Shown: positions 8,894 to 18,692 of the stretch, one piece after another | Layout: each line of letters starts with the position of its first letter | Position numbering within the stretch: the first letter of the stretch is position 1 | Assembly: GCA_021783135.1 (NCBI GenBank) | Contig: JAJXUE010000010.1 | Location: 4,115 to 68,114 of the forward strand | Length of the DNA: 64,000 nucleotides | Direction: 5' to 3' | DNA from: Bacillota bacterium | Lineage (GTDB): Bacteria > Bacillota > Desulfitobacteriia > Desulfitobacteriales > JAJXUE01 | Position numbers and translations under genes: made by a program | Notes under the pieces: model-generated | Seen by the model: the letters and a program-made list of their open reading frames with translations, nothing else | The model's database searches: none | What the model was told of the DNA's origin: nothing

Positions 8894-10078
8894 CTATGGG
8901 CGCAGTGCATGTTTGTCAAGACACTGCTCAATTCTGGCTAAAGCGTCCTCCACTTCAGTATCAGGGTAGGTAACACAAATGCGCACATGGTTATCCCCCT
9001 GCTCACCAAAACCGATGCCGGGAGAGACTGCGACTCCGGCTTCTTCCAATAGTAGCGTGGTAAAATCAACGGAGTTGTACCCCCGCGGGCAGGGAACCCA
9101 GGCATACACCGTACCGTGCGGCACCTTAAGCTGCCAACCCTTGCGATTGAAGAACTCGACCACCTTGGCGAGGCGCCGCGCATAATTTGTGTTCATACTA
9201 TGGAAGAAGGAGTGCTCAGGTCCCATGGCTAAGGCTTTGGCACCTGCGTACTGGATTGGCGCAAAGATGCCGGCATTAACATGAGTTTCAATAGTTTTAA
9301 GGCCTCGGATTATTGCTGCATTGCCCAGGGCCAACCCTAGGCGCCAGCCTGCCATATTAAAGGCCTTGGAAAAGGTGAAAAACTCAATGCCTAAATCTAA
9401 AGCCCCTGGTGTTTGCAATAAGCTGGGTGAGGTATACCCATTAAATGTGGTTTGGCTGTAAGCGTGGTCGTGTAATAGTATGATGTCATTTTCTCGCGCA
9501 TATTTAACCGCAGTTGCAAAAAACTCAGGCGAGGCAACAGCGCCGGTAGGATTATTAGGGTAATTGAGGAACATGAGCTTGGCTTGTCGCGCGATATCGG
9601 TTGGGATACGGTTAAAGTCCGGCAAATAGTTATTTGCGGGGAGCAGCGGCATCGGAAACACTTGTCCTTCGGCCAGCAAGGTTCCGGTTCGATAAGAAGG
9701 AAACGCGGGATCGGGAATTAAAGCTATATCTCCACTGTCGATGAAAGCTTCGCAAATATGGACAATGCCTTCTTTCGAACCGAGCAGGGGTAAAACCTGG
9801 GTATCGGGATCTAAGTTCACGCCATACTTGGCACGATACCAGGCAACAGCAGCTTGACGCAATTCAAGTATCCCGTCAAAGTCGGGATAGTGATGGTTGG
9901 CTGCATCTGAGGCGCGCAGCTGCAATTCCGCTACAATGTCCGGTGGGGTGGCGTGCTCTGGGTCGGATTTGCTAAGCTCTAAGATCTTTTGTCCTCCCTT
10001 GCGTCGGGTGGCGACCGTGGCGTCGATTTGGGCAAAAAGATAGGGTGGCAAATTGGCCAACTTGCGTGTAGTCTTCAT
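8894..10078 (-). CDS. class I/II PLP-dependent aminotransferase (AspC/DapL-like)
   Basis: N-terminal LPPYLFAQID motif and PLP-lysine context FSKAFNMAGWRLG. GGAGGT SD lies 7 nt before ATG 10078; the track start at 10093 is a TTG inside that SD. Confidence 0.85.
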   Translation of the reverse strand: MKTTRKLANLPPYLFAQIDATVATRRKGGQKILELSKSDPEHATPPDIVAELQLRASDAANHHYPDFDGILELRQAAVAWYRAKYGVNLDPDTQVLPLLGSKEGIVHICEAFIDSGDIALIPDPAFPSYRTGTLLAEGQVFPMPLLPANNYLPDFNRIPTDIARQAKLMFLNYPNNPTGAVASPEFFATAVKYARENDIILLHDHAYSQTTFNGYTSPSLLQTPGALDLGIEFFTFSKAFNMAGWRLGLALGNAAIIRGLKTIETHVNAGIFAPIQYAGAKALAMGPEHSFFHSMNTNYARRLAKVVEFFNRKGWQLKVPHGTVYAWVPCPRGYNSVDFTTLLLEEAGVAVSPGIGFGEQGDNHVRICVTYPDTEVEDALARIEQCLDKHALRP

Positions 10079-10190
10079 GTGCACTACCTCCAATTATTGT
10101 TACTGTTGCTAGTGTGCACGCACTTTTACTTTTCTTATGCCGAGTTTTGCAGCAATTGCCGCCTTGGACCAGGGAAACTGCAGTGATTGT

Positions 10191-10219
10191 TTGAGAAATG
10201 AGAGTAAGCGTGATAGTAT
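10191..10219 (+). promoter_or_regulatory. candidate sigma-A promoter for selD
   Basis: TTGAGA, 17 nt spacer, TAGTAT, about 35 nt upstream of the selD start. Confidence 0.3.
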
Positions 10220-10254
10220 ATTGTTTATATTGTAAGCTGGAAGAGGTGGTAGTA

Positions 10255-11310
10255 GTGGATAAAGTTCGTCTTACGCAATATTCCTCGAAAGCCGGCTGAG
10301 GCTGCAAGATAGGTCCTAGTGACCTGGCGCAGGTTCTGCGCCATTTACCTCCTGCCGCTGCAAATCCCGACCTATTAGTCGGGTTGGATAATTCGGATGA
10401 TGCGGGGGTTTATCGTCTTAGAGAGGACTTGGCTTTGGTACAAACCGTCGACTTTTTTACACCTGTTGTCGATGACCCGTTTGTGTTTGGCCAGGTGGCA
10501 GCAGCGAATGCTCTGAGTGATATCTACGCGATGGGTGCCATACCTTTAACTGCCATGAACATAGTAGCCTTTCCTGTTGACAAACTTGACATGTCTGTGC
10601 TTGCGGAAATCCTTAAAGGTGGTTATGACAAACTCCGAGAGGCAGGAGCCGTGCTGGTTGGAGGCCACTCAGTGCAAGACAACGAGCCGAAATATGGTAT
10701 TTCGCTTACCGGGACTGTGCACCCAGATAAAATCTTAACCAATAGCGGGAGTAAACCGGGTGATTATTTAGTGCTTACGAAACCTTTAGGTATCGGAATT
10801 ATTACAACCGCAATTAAACGCGGGATTGTCACAGCGCAAGAAATTGACGAAGTCATCCAAATCATGGTCACCTTGAATAAAGCTGCCGGTGAAGCCGCTG
10901 TAAAGGTCGGAGTTAATGCCTGCACTGATATAACCGGTTTTGGTTTATTGGGGCATGCTCAGGAAATGGCCAAAGCCAGTGGTGTGAAATTTGTCATCCA
11001 AGCAAGCGAGGTTCCGGTACTGCAATCAACTTGGCAATACGTTGCCGAGCGAATTGTGCCGGGGGGAACGCATGCTAATCTGCGTTATCTCGCGTCGGTA
11101 GTTAAATTCGCGGACGAAATTTCATCTGACATGCAGCTTGTGCTGGCAGATGCGATAACTTCAGGCGGACTGCTCTTGTCTGTGTCCGCTGACCATGTAG
11201 ATGAACTTGTCACAGAATTGAGCGACCGAGGGACGCCAGCGGCGTCTGTAATCGGCAGGGTAGAGGCGGGAAATACGGAAAATGCGGGAACAATTACTGT
11301 TGAAGCATGA
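10255..11310 (+). CDS. selD: selenide, water dikinase (selenophosphate synthetase), selenocysteine-containing; in-frame UGA at 10297..10299
   Basis: The track ORF starts at 10384, but the frame upstream reads VDKVRLTQYSSKAG-TGA-GCKIGPSDLAQVLRHLPPAAANPDLLVGLDNSDDA. This matches the SelD N-terminus (E. coli [21 protein letters not shown]), with TGA at the catalytic Cys/Sec position. AAGAGGTGG SD precedes GTG 10255. Confidence 0.85.
10309..10342 (+). promoter_or_regulatory. candidate SECIS stem-loops downstream of the selD UGA
   Basis: Two hairpins start 12 nt after the UGA. The first is AGGTC-CTAGT-GACCT. The second is GGCGCAG-GTT-CTGCGCC, a 7 bp perfect stem. Confidence 0.4.
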
Positions 11311-12947
11311 TGGAGGTAGCTTTGCGTACTGAACAAGTAAAATTAGCCTACGGTAATCCATTTACCAATGACTATTTATATGATTTTGCTAAAGTAGCAG
11401 GTTTTTTTCAATATAATCCCTACTCAGGGGAGAGTTTCGCCCAGCGGTATGCTTATTTGCAACGTCAGCAACCGGCAGATCGCTGCGTGGCTGCAGATGT
11501 GCTGCGCGAATATAATTTACGGCTTGGCAACGGGGCTGAAAGCATGCAAAATATCGAGTTGTTGCGCAACCCGGAAACTGTTGCGGTCATCACCGGGCAA
11601 CAGTCAGGCCTGTTAGGTGGTCCGCTATATACGGTGTATAAAGCTTTAACTGCGATCCAATTGGCTGAGCGGTTAAGTCGCGAATTGGCGAAGCCGGTTG
11701 TGCCGATGTTTTGGATTGCGGCGGAAGACCATGACTTTTCCGAGATTAATGAAGTTCAGGTACTTGATCAAGCAGGTCTACCGACACGTTGCCGACTGGA
11801 ATTTGAACCTGCGGGAAAATGTTCAGTCGGAGAGATTGGGCTACCGCATGAAGTTAGTGCGCTACTGGATGAGTTGGGGAGGTTGACTCCGGAAACTGAA
11901 TTTAAACCGGAATTGTTGCATACATTAAGTGTGAGCGCTGCGGCAAGTGACAACTTCGCGGACTGGTTTGGCCGTATTATGGTTCACTGGGTAGGCTCCT
12001 TGGGGCTTGTTTTTGTTAACCCATTGGACCGGCGTTTACGTGATTTGGAAAAGAACCTGTTTCGAACCGCACTGGAGCGCTATGCAGAGGTTAATGCAGC
12101 ACTTAGTGAGAGCGCCGGCGCTCTGTCGCAACTAGGTTACCCGGTAGCTATTGCCAAAGACCCCGGCAATCTTAATTTGTTCCTATACCAATCAGGTGAG
12201 CGCTTGGCGCTGCAAGAACAGTCGGACCAGTTTGCATTACGGGGGAGTGGAGAACTGTTCAGTAAGGATGAACTCGCCCGTTTAATTGAGGATACGCCGG
12301 AACGCTTTAGCCCAAATGTAGTTTTACGGCCCTTGACCCAAGATGTCCTATTTCCTACCCTCGCTTATGTGGGGGGACCGGGTGAAGTTAACTATTTTGC
12401 CCAATATCAACACGTTTATCCGTTGTTTGGTTTGGAAATGCCGATTATTTATCCGCGTGCCAACATCTCACTGGTGGAATCCAGCGTGGAAAAGTGCATG
12501 GCAAAGTATAGTCTTAGCTTGGAAGATCTACTTTATCGGGCTGAAGGTATCCGCAGCTCCTATTTGGATGAACAAGACACTGTGGGGATTGACGCGGTAT
12601 TTAGTGAACTGCAGGCCTCAGTTGTGGCAGCCTACGCCAAAGCGCTGGAAACCATCACCCCAATTGACGCGGGCTTGGAAAAACTCGGTGCAGACAATCA
12701 GGAAAAGATCATTGCCCAGATCAATTGGCTAAAGGCTAAAACCTTGCAGGCCCATCGTAAAGCGAACGATGTTTTCCTGCGTCAGTTCGGCAAAGCCTGT
12801 AGTGGACTGGTGCCGAAAGGCCAACTCCAGGAGCGTTATTTTAGTAGCGTCTACTATGCCTTAAAATACGGTCCGGATCTTTGGTTGAAGGTAGCCGAAG
12901 TTCCCTTGACTGAAGACACTAAGCACAAGTTGATTTTCCTCAAATAA
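11307..12947 (+). CDS. bshC: bacillithiol biosynthesis cysteine-adding enzyme BshC
   Basis: 546 aa. Motifs VITGQQSGLLGGPLYTVYKALTAIQLA and FWIAAEDHDFSEINE are characteristic of BshC (YllA). The start overlaps the selD stop. Confidence 0.85.
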   Translation: MMEVALRTEQVKLAYGNPFTNDYLYDFAKVAGFFQYNPYSGESFAQRYAYLQRQQPADRCVAADVLREYNLRLGNGAESMQNIELLRNPETVAVITGQQSGLLGGPLYTVYKALTAIQLAERLSRELAKPVVPMFWIAAEDHDFSEINEVQVLDQAGLPTRCRLEFEPAGKCSVGEIGLPHEVSALLDELGRLTPETEFKPELLHTLSVSAAASDNFADWFGRIMVHWVGSLGLVFVNPLDRRLRDLEKNLFRTALERYAEVNAALSESAGALSQLGYPVAIAKDPGNLNLFLYQSGERLALQEQSDQFALRGSGELFSKDELARLIEDTPERFSPNVVLRPLTQDVLFPTLAYVGGPGEVNYFAQYQHVYPLFGLEMPIIYPRANISLVESSVEKCMAKYSLSLEDLLYRAEGIRSSYLDEQDTVGIDAVFSELQASVVAAYAKALETITPIDAGLEKLGADNQEKIIAQINWLKAKTLQAHRKANDVFLRQFGKACSGLVPKGQLQERYFSSVYYALKYGPDLWLKVAEVPLTEDTKHKLIFLK

Positions 12948-12988
12948 CCGGGGGAAACACTTGACGCGTTCATTGTGCAAATAATAAC

Positions 12989-13016
12989 TTGCAAAAATAA
13001 CAGAAATAGCTATAAT
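12989..13016 (+). promoter_or_regulatory. candidate sigma-A promoter for the LCP gene
   Basis: TTGCAA, 16 nt spacer, TATAAT. Confidence 0.4.
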
Positions 13017-13097
13017 CCTAATAGATGGAAAATTTTCCATATGAAGGGTTTTAGCGTAGGCTTTGATACCCTCGTTTTTCGGAGGTGCTGCTGATTC

Positions 13098-14729
13098 ATG
13101 CGTGCTTGGTGGCAAAAACTTAGTTTCCCCAAAAAAATAGTAGCAGGGATTGGTGTGCTTTCCTTGGTGTTTCTGATTGCCGGGTGTGTTTTGACCTATC
13201 ATTTTTGGTTTAATAAGCCTCGACAAATGGTTGCAATTGACCCCAAAGGCAATGTCGTCGTAACCGACGCTGTCAGCGCGCCGGATTTAAACTCGCGGAT
13301 TAATATTTTAGTTATCGGAGTTGACGAGCGAACATATAGTGCGGACAAAAGTTATCGCACCGATACCTTAATCTTGGCTAGTATTGATCCGAGCTCCAAA
13401 CAAATAGCCTTGTTGTCGATCCCACGTGATACTAGGGTGGAAATACCTAAAGACGGTTTGGACAAGATTAATGCAGCTGCGGCATACGGGGGTTTGAATA
13501 CAACAGTCGCGGTAGTGCAGCAATTAACCGGCGTAAAAATCGATGGGTACATTAAGACTGATTTTACGGGTTTTAAGGATGTAATCAACACCCTTGGCGG
13601 TATAACGGTTAATGTCGAGAAGGATATGTATTATTTGACGGGCGATAAGCAAGACGGTGTAATTAATCTCAAGCAGGGAGTCCAAGTCTTGGATGGCACG
13701 AAGGCTTTGGAGTACGCGCGATTCCGCCATGACGCCTTGGGAGACATCAGTCGAACAGCCCGTCAACAAGTCGTGCTTAAAGCGATCGGCAAGAAGCTAA
13801 TGCAACCAAGCACAATTCCTAAAATTCCTGCTTTGATTAGGGGCTTTTCTCAAGCGGTCGATACCAACCTGCCTATGGCGGAACTAGTCAATATTGCCCA
13901 GGTTGCTGCTCAGTATGACGCGTCTAAACTAATCAGTCAGACCTTGCCGGGCTATTTTTTAACGCTTAACGGGATAAGTTACTGGGGAGTCGACCCCGTT
14001 GAGGCTAAAAAGGTAACAGCTGAACTTTTTAATCAGGGAATTGTTGTGGGTAACACACCGGATAAATTGATTCAGGCCTCCAATGGCGGGCCCATAACGG
14101 AGTCTAGTCAACCGCCACTTAAACCACCGGCGTCTGTTGTGCCGACTGTAAGTATTGGGTCGATCACCGTGGTAGCTATTGCAGCCAATTCTGTAACGTT
14201 GCACATATCTGCATCGAGCGGCATTGATTCAGCTGAATTGTACCGTAATGGTCAACCAATTCATGGTTGGAGGGGCGGAGCCATTTCATACACAGATACA
14301 GGACTTGGCGCCGGCAAGACTTATACTTATGGTCTGAAGATATTCCGCGATGGCACGGCGCTGACTGTTGGCGCCTCCTGTAGTGCGACAACGGCCAGTT
14401 TGAATTCCAGCACTACTCCTCCAACTGCGCCGGAGGTAGCACCGCTGCTCAACGTAACTTCGCCATCGGACGGAATTACTACTGCCTTAAGCCGTGTAGC
14501 GGTTTCCGGCATGACGGATGCAGGTAATTTGGTCGCCATTGTTGTTAACGGTGAAAATGTATTTACTGGGGCGGGGACATTTTCCTACCTTGCCACTTTG
14601 GTAGAAGGCCCAAACACCATTACAGTCACCGCGACAGATGTCAAAACTAAGTTGAATACTCCAATAACACTGACGGTCATTTACCAACCTGACCCACCGC
14701 CGCTAACAACACCACCATCTGTTGAATAA
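13098..14729 (+). CDS. LytR-CpsA-Psr (LCP) family cell-wall polymer transferase with C-terminal Ig/FN3-like repeats
   Basis: N-terminal TM helix. LCP core: INILVIGVDER...YRTDTLILASID...LLSIPRDT...INAA. The C-terminal 200 aa are a beta-rich S/T/P-rich region. Confidence 0.85.
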   Translation: MRAWWQKLSFPKKIVAGIGVLSLVFLIAGCVLTYHFWFNKPRQMVAIDPKGNVVVTDAVSAPDLNSRINILVIGVDERTYSADKSYRTDTLILASIDPSSKQIALLSIPRDTRVEIPKDGLDKINAAAAYGGLNTTVAVVQQLTGVKIDGYIKTDFTGFKDVINTLGGITVNVEKDMYYLTGDKQDGVINLKQGVQVLDGTKALEYARFRHDALGDISRTARQQVVLKAIGKKLMQPSTIPKIPALIRGFSQAVDTNLPMAELVNIAQVAAQYDASKLISQTLPGYFLTLNGISYWGVDPVEAKKVTAELFNQGIVVGNTPDKLIQASNGGPITESSQPPLKPPASVVPTVSIGSITVVAIAANSVTLHISASSGIDSAELYRNGQPIHGWRGGAISYTDTGLGAGKTYTYGLKIFRDGTALTVGASCSATTASLNSSTTPPTAPEVAPLLNVTSPSDGITTALSRVAVSGMTDAGNLVAIVVNGENVFTGAGTFSYLATLVEGPNTITVTATDVKTKLNTPITLTVIYQPDPPPLTTPPSVE

Positions 14730-14741
14730 CCTAACATACTG

Positions 14742-14789
14742 AAAAAAATCAGGCTCCGCTTGCTGTAAATCGGAGCCTGATTTTTTTTA
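14742..14789. terminator. bidirectional intrinsic terminator between convergent genes
   Basis: Stem ATCAGGCTCCG / CGGAGCCTGAT, flanked by an A-run upstream and a T8 run downstream. Confidence 0.8.
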
Positions 14790-14801
14790 TATAACTATTA
14801 A

Positions 14802-15725
14802 TCATTCTTTGGGGACCAGAAAATACACTAAACGCACAAAGGGTTTTAATACAGGTAATATCAACAACGAAGAAATGATATTAAAGAAGGTATGGGCGTG
14901 AGCTACTTGGCGACCCAGATCAGGCGACAGCCTGCTCATTACGGCAGCAAACGGATGCAACAGGGGGTAGCAGACCAGGACCCCGATTGTGTTGAGCAAT
15001 AAATGCGCTATGGCCACACGCTTGGCCCCGCGGTCAGCTCCAATTGCTGCTAGCAAAGCGGTGAAACACGTTCCTACATTTGCCCCGAGGACAATTGCTA
15101 TCCCGGTTGAGGCGGTGATCATATTTTGGGAGGCCAAGACAATGACCATGCCAGTGGTAACGCCGCTGCTGTGAATGAGACCTGCCAAGGTCATGCCTGC
15201 GATAATTCCCAGGCTATGATTGTCGCCAAGCGTGTGCAGAAAACCTGTCAATTGGGGAGAGGCACCTAACGGTTTTAGTGACTCTCCCATAATGCTGATG
15301 CCATGAAACACGAGAGCAAAGCCCATTAACGCTAAGCCTAGCCACTTGAGGTTGTGTTTAGCCACAGTGAATAGTATGCCGCCAAGTGCTAAGGCCGGCA
15401 AGGCATAGGTGGATAAGTTAAATACCATTAACTGAGCAGTGATCGTGGAGCCAATATTTGAACCGAGAATTATGCCCAAAGCCTGCTCGAAGGACATTAA
15501 GCCTGCATTTACGAAGCTCATCGAAAATACTGTTACCGCGGTGCTGGACTGGATTAAAGCGGTAAGCACGGTACCTGTGAGCAGACCGCTGACAGGGTTG
15601 ACTGTTAACCGCCGCAAGAGCGCTTTAAAGCCGGCTCCGGCGGCGTTTTCCAGACCGAGCTTGAGCAGGCGCATACCCCAAAAAAGCAGACCCAGCCCGA
15701 GTGCAAACTCAAAAAATACGACCAT
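14802..15725 (-). CDS. Na/Pi cotransporter family protein (NptA-like, no PhoU tail)
   Basis: Duplicated motif region LTALIQSSTAVTVF...GSNIGSTITAQL is typical of Na/Pi cotransporter II-related proteins. Start set at the ATG after GGGGGGAAGGA. Confidence 0.85.
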   Translation of the reverse strand: MVVFFEFALGLGLLFWGMRLLKLGLENAAGAGFKALLRRLTVNPVSGLLTGTVLTALIQSSTAVTVFSMSFVNAGLMSFEQALGIILGSNIGSTITAQLMVFNLSTYALPALALGGILFTVAKHNLKWLGLALMGFALVFHGISIMGESLKPLGASPQLTGFLHTLGDNHSLGIIAGMTLAGLIHSSGVTTGMVIVLASQNMITASTGIAIVLGANVGTCFTALLAAIGADRGAKRVAIAHLLLNTIGVLVCYPLLHPFAAVMSRLSPDLGRQVAHAHTFFNIISSLLILPVLKPFVRLVYFLVPKE

Positions 15726-15983
15726 ACTGTCCTTCCCCCCGGTCAACAGCTAAAGCTACACCTTACGCCTAAACGCAAGCTTTATCTGTTTTTACAATTA
15801 TGTCCGAGTGGGAAGTCTTAGACCGGAATAACCGCAACCTAGGTGCCCTCAGTGGCCGGATTTGGACCGGCCAAGAAATTTCACTGGGGCCACAGCTTGG
15901 GGTTGTTCCAGGGTATAAGAAAGCATAAAATTAGAATTGGAATGAGTAAATCGCATATTCTGCAATAAGTGAGGCTGATATTT

Positions 15984-16988
15984 GTGGTAAAGTTAGGCAT
16001 AACTGGGTTGGAGGCGTCGCCAATTGGATTCGGCGGTATCCCGCTGCAACGCAATAGCGAGGCGGAAGCGAGTCGGATTGTACGGACTGCTGTAGACAAG
16101 GGCATAAATTTTTTCGATTCTGCTCGAGGGTATACGGATAGTGAACATAAGATCGGACTTGGTTTACAAGGTGTAAGAGGCAATGTCGTCTTGGCGACCA
16201 AAAGCATGGCGCGTACAGCCAGGGAGCTGGCCAGCGATATTGATACAAGCTTGCGAGAATTCGCTACGGACTATATCGATATTTATCAATGTCACAATGT
16301 AAGAAGTGCAGCTGAATTGAGCCAACTTTTGGGGCCAAAGGGTGGATGCGAGGCTCTGATACAGGCACAAGCTGATGGGAAGATAGGTCATATAGGGATA
16401 ACCGGTCATAAGCCGGAAGTAGTGCTGCAAGCGATCCAACAGTTTCCTTTCGCCACGGTTCAGTTTCCTTACAATTTTTTGGAGCAGCAGAATAAAGACG
16501 AATTGATTAAGGCGGCAAAAACTCGTGAGCTAGGCATAATTATTATGAAGCCTTTAGCCGGAGGCGCTATTCGCAAAGCAGACTTGGCCCTGCGTTTTTT
16601 ACTGGGACAAGAACTGGGTGTAATTATTCCGGGCATGGATAGTCTGGCCCAAGTGCAACAAAATACTGATTTGGTGCAGCCCTTTATAGCTTTAACGGAG
16701 GCAGAAAGACAAGAGCTTGCAGCCGATGTTGCCGGGCTTGCGAGTGACTTTTGCCGTCGCTGTGAATACTGCTTGCCCTGTCCGGTCGGGATTCATATTC
16801 CCAGTATGTTTTTGTTTGAAGGTTATTACACCCGCTATAATTTACCGGAATGGGCCTTGGAACGCTATGCTGCAGCTCCAGTCAAGGCCTCGGAGTGTAT
16901 TAAATGCGGCCAGTGTGAGGAAAAATGCCCGTATACCTTGCCGATTCGCGACAAATTGGCAAAAGTTCACTCTTTGCTAGGATTATGA
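15984..16988 (+). CDS. aldo/keto reductase with C-terminal 4Fe-4S cluster domain
   Basis: N-terminus (M)VKLGITGLEASPIGFGG and the AKR core. C-terminal CIKCGQCEEKCP plus CRRCEYCLPCP. GTG start lies 9 nt after AAGTGAGG. Confidence 0.85.
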   Translation: MVKLGITGLEASPIGFGGIPLQRNSEAEASRIVRTAVDKGINFFDSARGYTDSEHKIGLGLQGVRGNVVLATKSMARTARELASDIDTSLREFATDYIDIYQCHNVRSAAELSQLLGPKGGCEALIQAQADGKIGHIGITGHKPEVVLQAIQQFPFATVQFPYNFLEQQNKDELIKAAKTRELGIIIMKPLAGGAIRKADLALRFLLGQELGVIIPGMDSLAQVQQNTDLVQPFIALTEAERQELAADVAGLASDFCRRCEYCLPCPVGIHIPSMFLFEGYYTRYNLPEWALERYAAAPVKASECIKCGQCEEKCPYTLPIRDKLAKVHSLLGL

Positions 16989-17070
16989 TGCATTTGTTTG
17001 AAATAGCTAGCTTGGAGGTTGTAAAGCGAAGTATTTAGGCCCAATTGCTTGGGAAAGTTCGTACAATCAT

Positions 17071-17100
17071 TTGCGCGTTAAGTCCGAATTTTCGTATAAT
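17071..17100 (+). promoter_or_regulatory. candidate sigma-A promoter of the hdr-flx operon
   Basis: TTGCGC, 18 nt spacer, TATAAT. This leaves a leader of about 140 nt. Confidence 0.35.
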
Positions 17101-17243
17101 TTTATTAACTGTCAAATTTGCGATAGTTATGTTCTGTGTGTGTGTGTACAAATATGTTCCTTTCTCTGGTTGTGTTTGTGTAAAAATGAGCAAAGTAAAT
17201 TACTGCTCGACAAATTTAAACTTTAAAAAAGAGGGGGTAAACC

Positions 17244-17816
17244 ATGCAACCGATTAATCTGACCTCTGCCTTGGCTGCCGGCAAGGACTTAGTAGCTAAA
17301 GTCCAAACGGCCAGTGGTGTGGATGTCAAAGCATGTTATCAGTGCGGTAAGTGTTCCGCCGGCTGCCCGGTCGCTTTCGCAATGGACTATACGCCCAGAC
17401 AAGTGATGCGCATGCTGCAATTGGGGTTGGCTGAGGAGACCATAAAATCTCGCGCTATTTGGCTTTGTGCCCAGTGCGAAACTTGCTCCGCGCGTTGTCC
17501 GCGTAGCTTGGAACCTGCAAAGGTAATGGAAGCCCTGCGGATTGAGGCTAAACGAGCTGGGTTTGAAGCTGATGACGAAATTGCTACATTTAACGAAAAG
17601 TTCCTGCGTTCTGTGGCCAGTAACGGGCGGGTGTTTGAAGCGGGCTTAATCGTGGGCTACAACATGGCTACTGTTCAGCCGCTAAAAGATGCCGGTGTTG
17701 CACCTTCTATGCTTGCCAAAGGCAAGCTTAAGCTGTTTCCGTCCAAAATCCGGGGTAGAGATGTAATCAACCGCATGTTTACAAAGGCGGAGAAGATGGA
17801 GGCGGACAATAAATGA
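17244..17816 (+). CDS. hdrC: heterodisulfide reductase subunit C
   Basis: Two ferredoxin-like motifs, CYQCGKCSAGCP and CAQCETCSARCP. AGAGGGGG SD. Confidence 0.9.
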   Translation: MQPINLTSALAAGKDLVAKVQTASGVDVKACYQCGKCSAGCPVAFAMDYTPRQVMRMLQLGLAEETIKSRAIWLCAQCETCSARCPRSLEPAKVMEALRIEAKRAGFEADDEIATFNEKFLRSVASNGRVFEAGLIVGYNMATVQPLKDAGVAPSMLAKGKLKLFPSKIRGRDVINRMFTKAEKMEADNK

Positions 17817-18679
17817 AATATGCTTATTATCCGGGATGCTCGCTTCATTCGACCGGGATTGAATACAACATGTCCACGCTGGCAGTGGCCAAGAAACTTA
17901 ATGTCGAGCTGGAGGAAATTCCGGATTGGAACTGTTGTGGTGCTTCCGCAGGGCACACCACCAACCATCTCTTAGGCTTAGCTTTGCCTGCGCGCAATCT
18001 GGCTATAGCGGAAAAACAAGGACTAGACGTCATGGCGCCATGCGCCAGCTGTTATAATCGGATGAAGACGGCCGAAGTGGCTGTCAAATCCAGCCCGGAA
18101 ATCAGGGCCAAAGTGGCAGAAATCACCGAAATGGACTATGCGGGTAATAGCGGCGTGAAGTCTGCCTTGGAAGTATTTCTTAAAGAAGTGGGCTTGGAAA
18201 AAATTAAGGCTTCGCTTGTCCGTAATCTAGGCGGCATGAAGGTGGCAGCTTACTATGGTTGCCTATTGGTCCGTCCCAACGGTATAGGCATGGATGATCC
18301 GGAAGATCCCATGACGATGGACGATATGATTACGGCTTTGGGCGGTGAAGCGGTACAGTGGCCGTTTAAAACTGAGTGTTGCGGTGCGTCATTGCCTACG
18401 GCCCGCAGCAAAGTAGGCTTAAAAATGGTTAATGATATTTTGCAAATGGCTGATATTTCGGGCGTGGATGCGATTGTTACTGCTTGTCCGCTGTGCTTTG
18501 TCAATTTAGATATGCGCCAAAATGATTTGAATAAAAAAGCTGGGGGCAACTTCAACATACCAATTTTTTACTTTACCGAGTTACTAGCTATCGCGCTCGG
18601 CGAGAAGCCGGGTAAGGTTGGGGTTAAAAAACACTTTGTCAGTACTGCGCAAGTGCTGGACAAGTACAATCTGAAGTAA
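17813..18679 (+). CDS. hdrB: heterodisulfide reductase subunit B
   Basis: Two CCG domains (NCCGAS..., ECCGAS...PLC). ATGA overlap with hdrC. Confidence 0.9.
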   Translation: MKYAYYPGCSLHSTGIEYNMSTLAVAKKLNVELEEIPDWNCCGASAGHTTNHLLGLALPARNLAIAEKQGLDVMAPCASCYNRMKTAEVAVKSSPEIRAKVAEITEMDYAGNSGVKSALEVFLKEVGLEKIKASLVRNLGGMKVAAYYGCLLVRPNGIGMDDPEDPMTMDDMITALGGEAVQWPFKTECCGASLPTARSKVGLKMVNDILQMADISGVDAIVTACPLCFVNLDMRQNDLNKKAGGNFNIPIFYFTELLAIALGEKPGKVGVKKHFVSTAQVLDKYNLK

Positions 18680-18692
18680 AGGAGGCTAGACC

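Noticed and set aside
17045-17257. 70-aa ORF in the hdr leader, plus the (TG)6 microsatellite at 17135-17147 and GT-rich tracts to 17182.
   Set aside because: - The ORF has a TTG start and no SD, is Cys/Val-rich because of the GT repeats, and overlaps the hdrC SD.
- The dinucleotide run is short (6 units).
- I have no evidence for phase variation; it is noted only as a leader feature.
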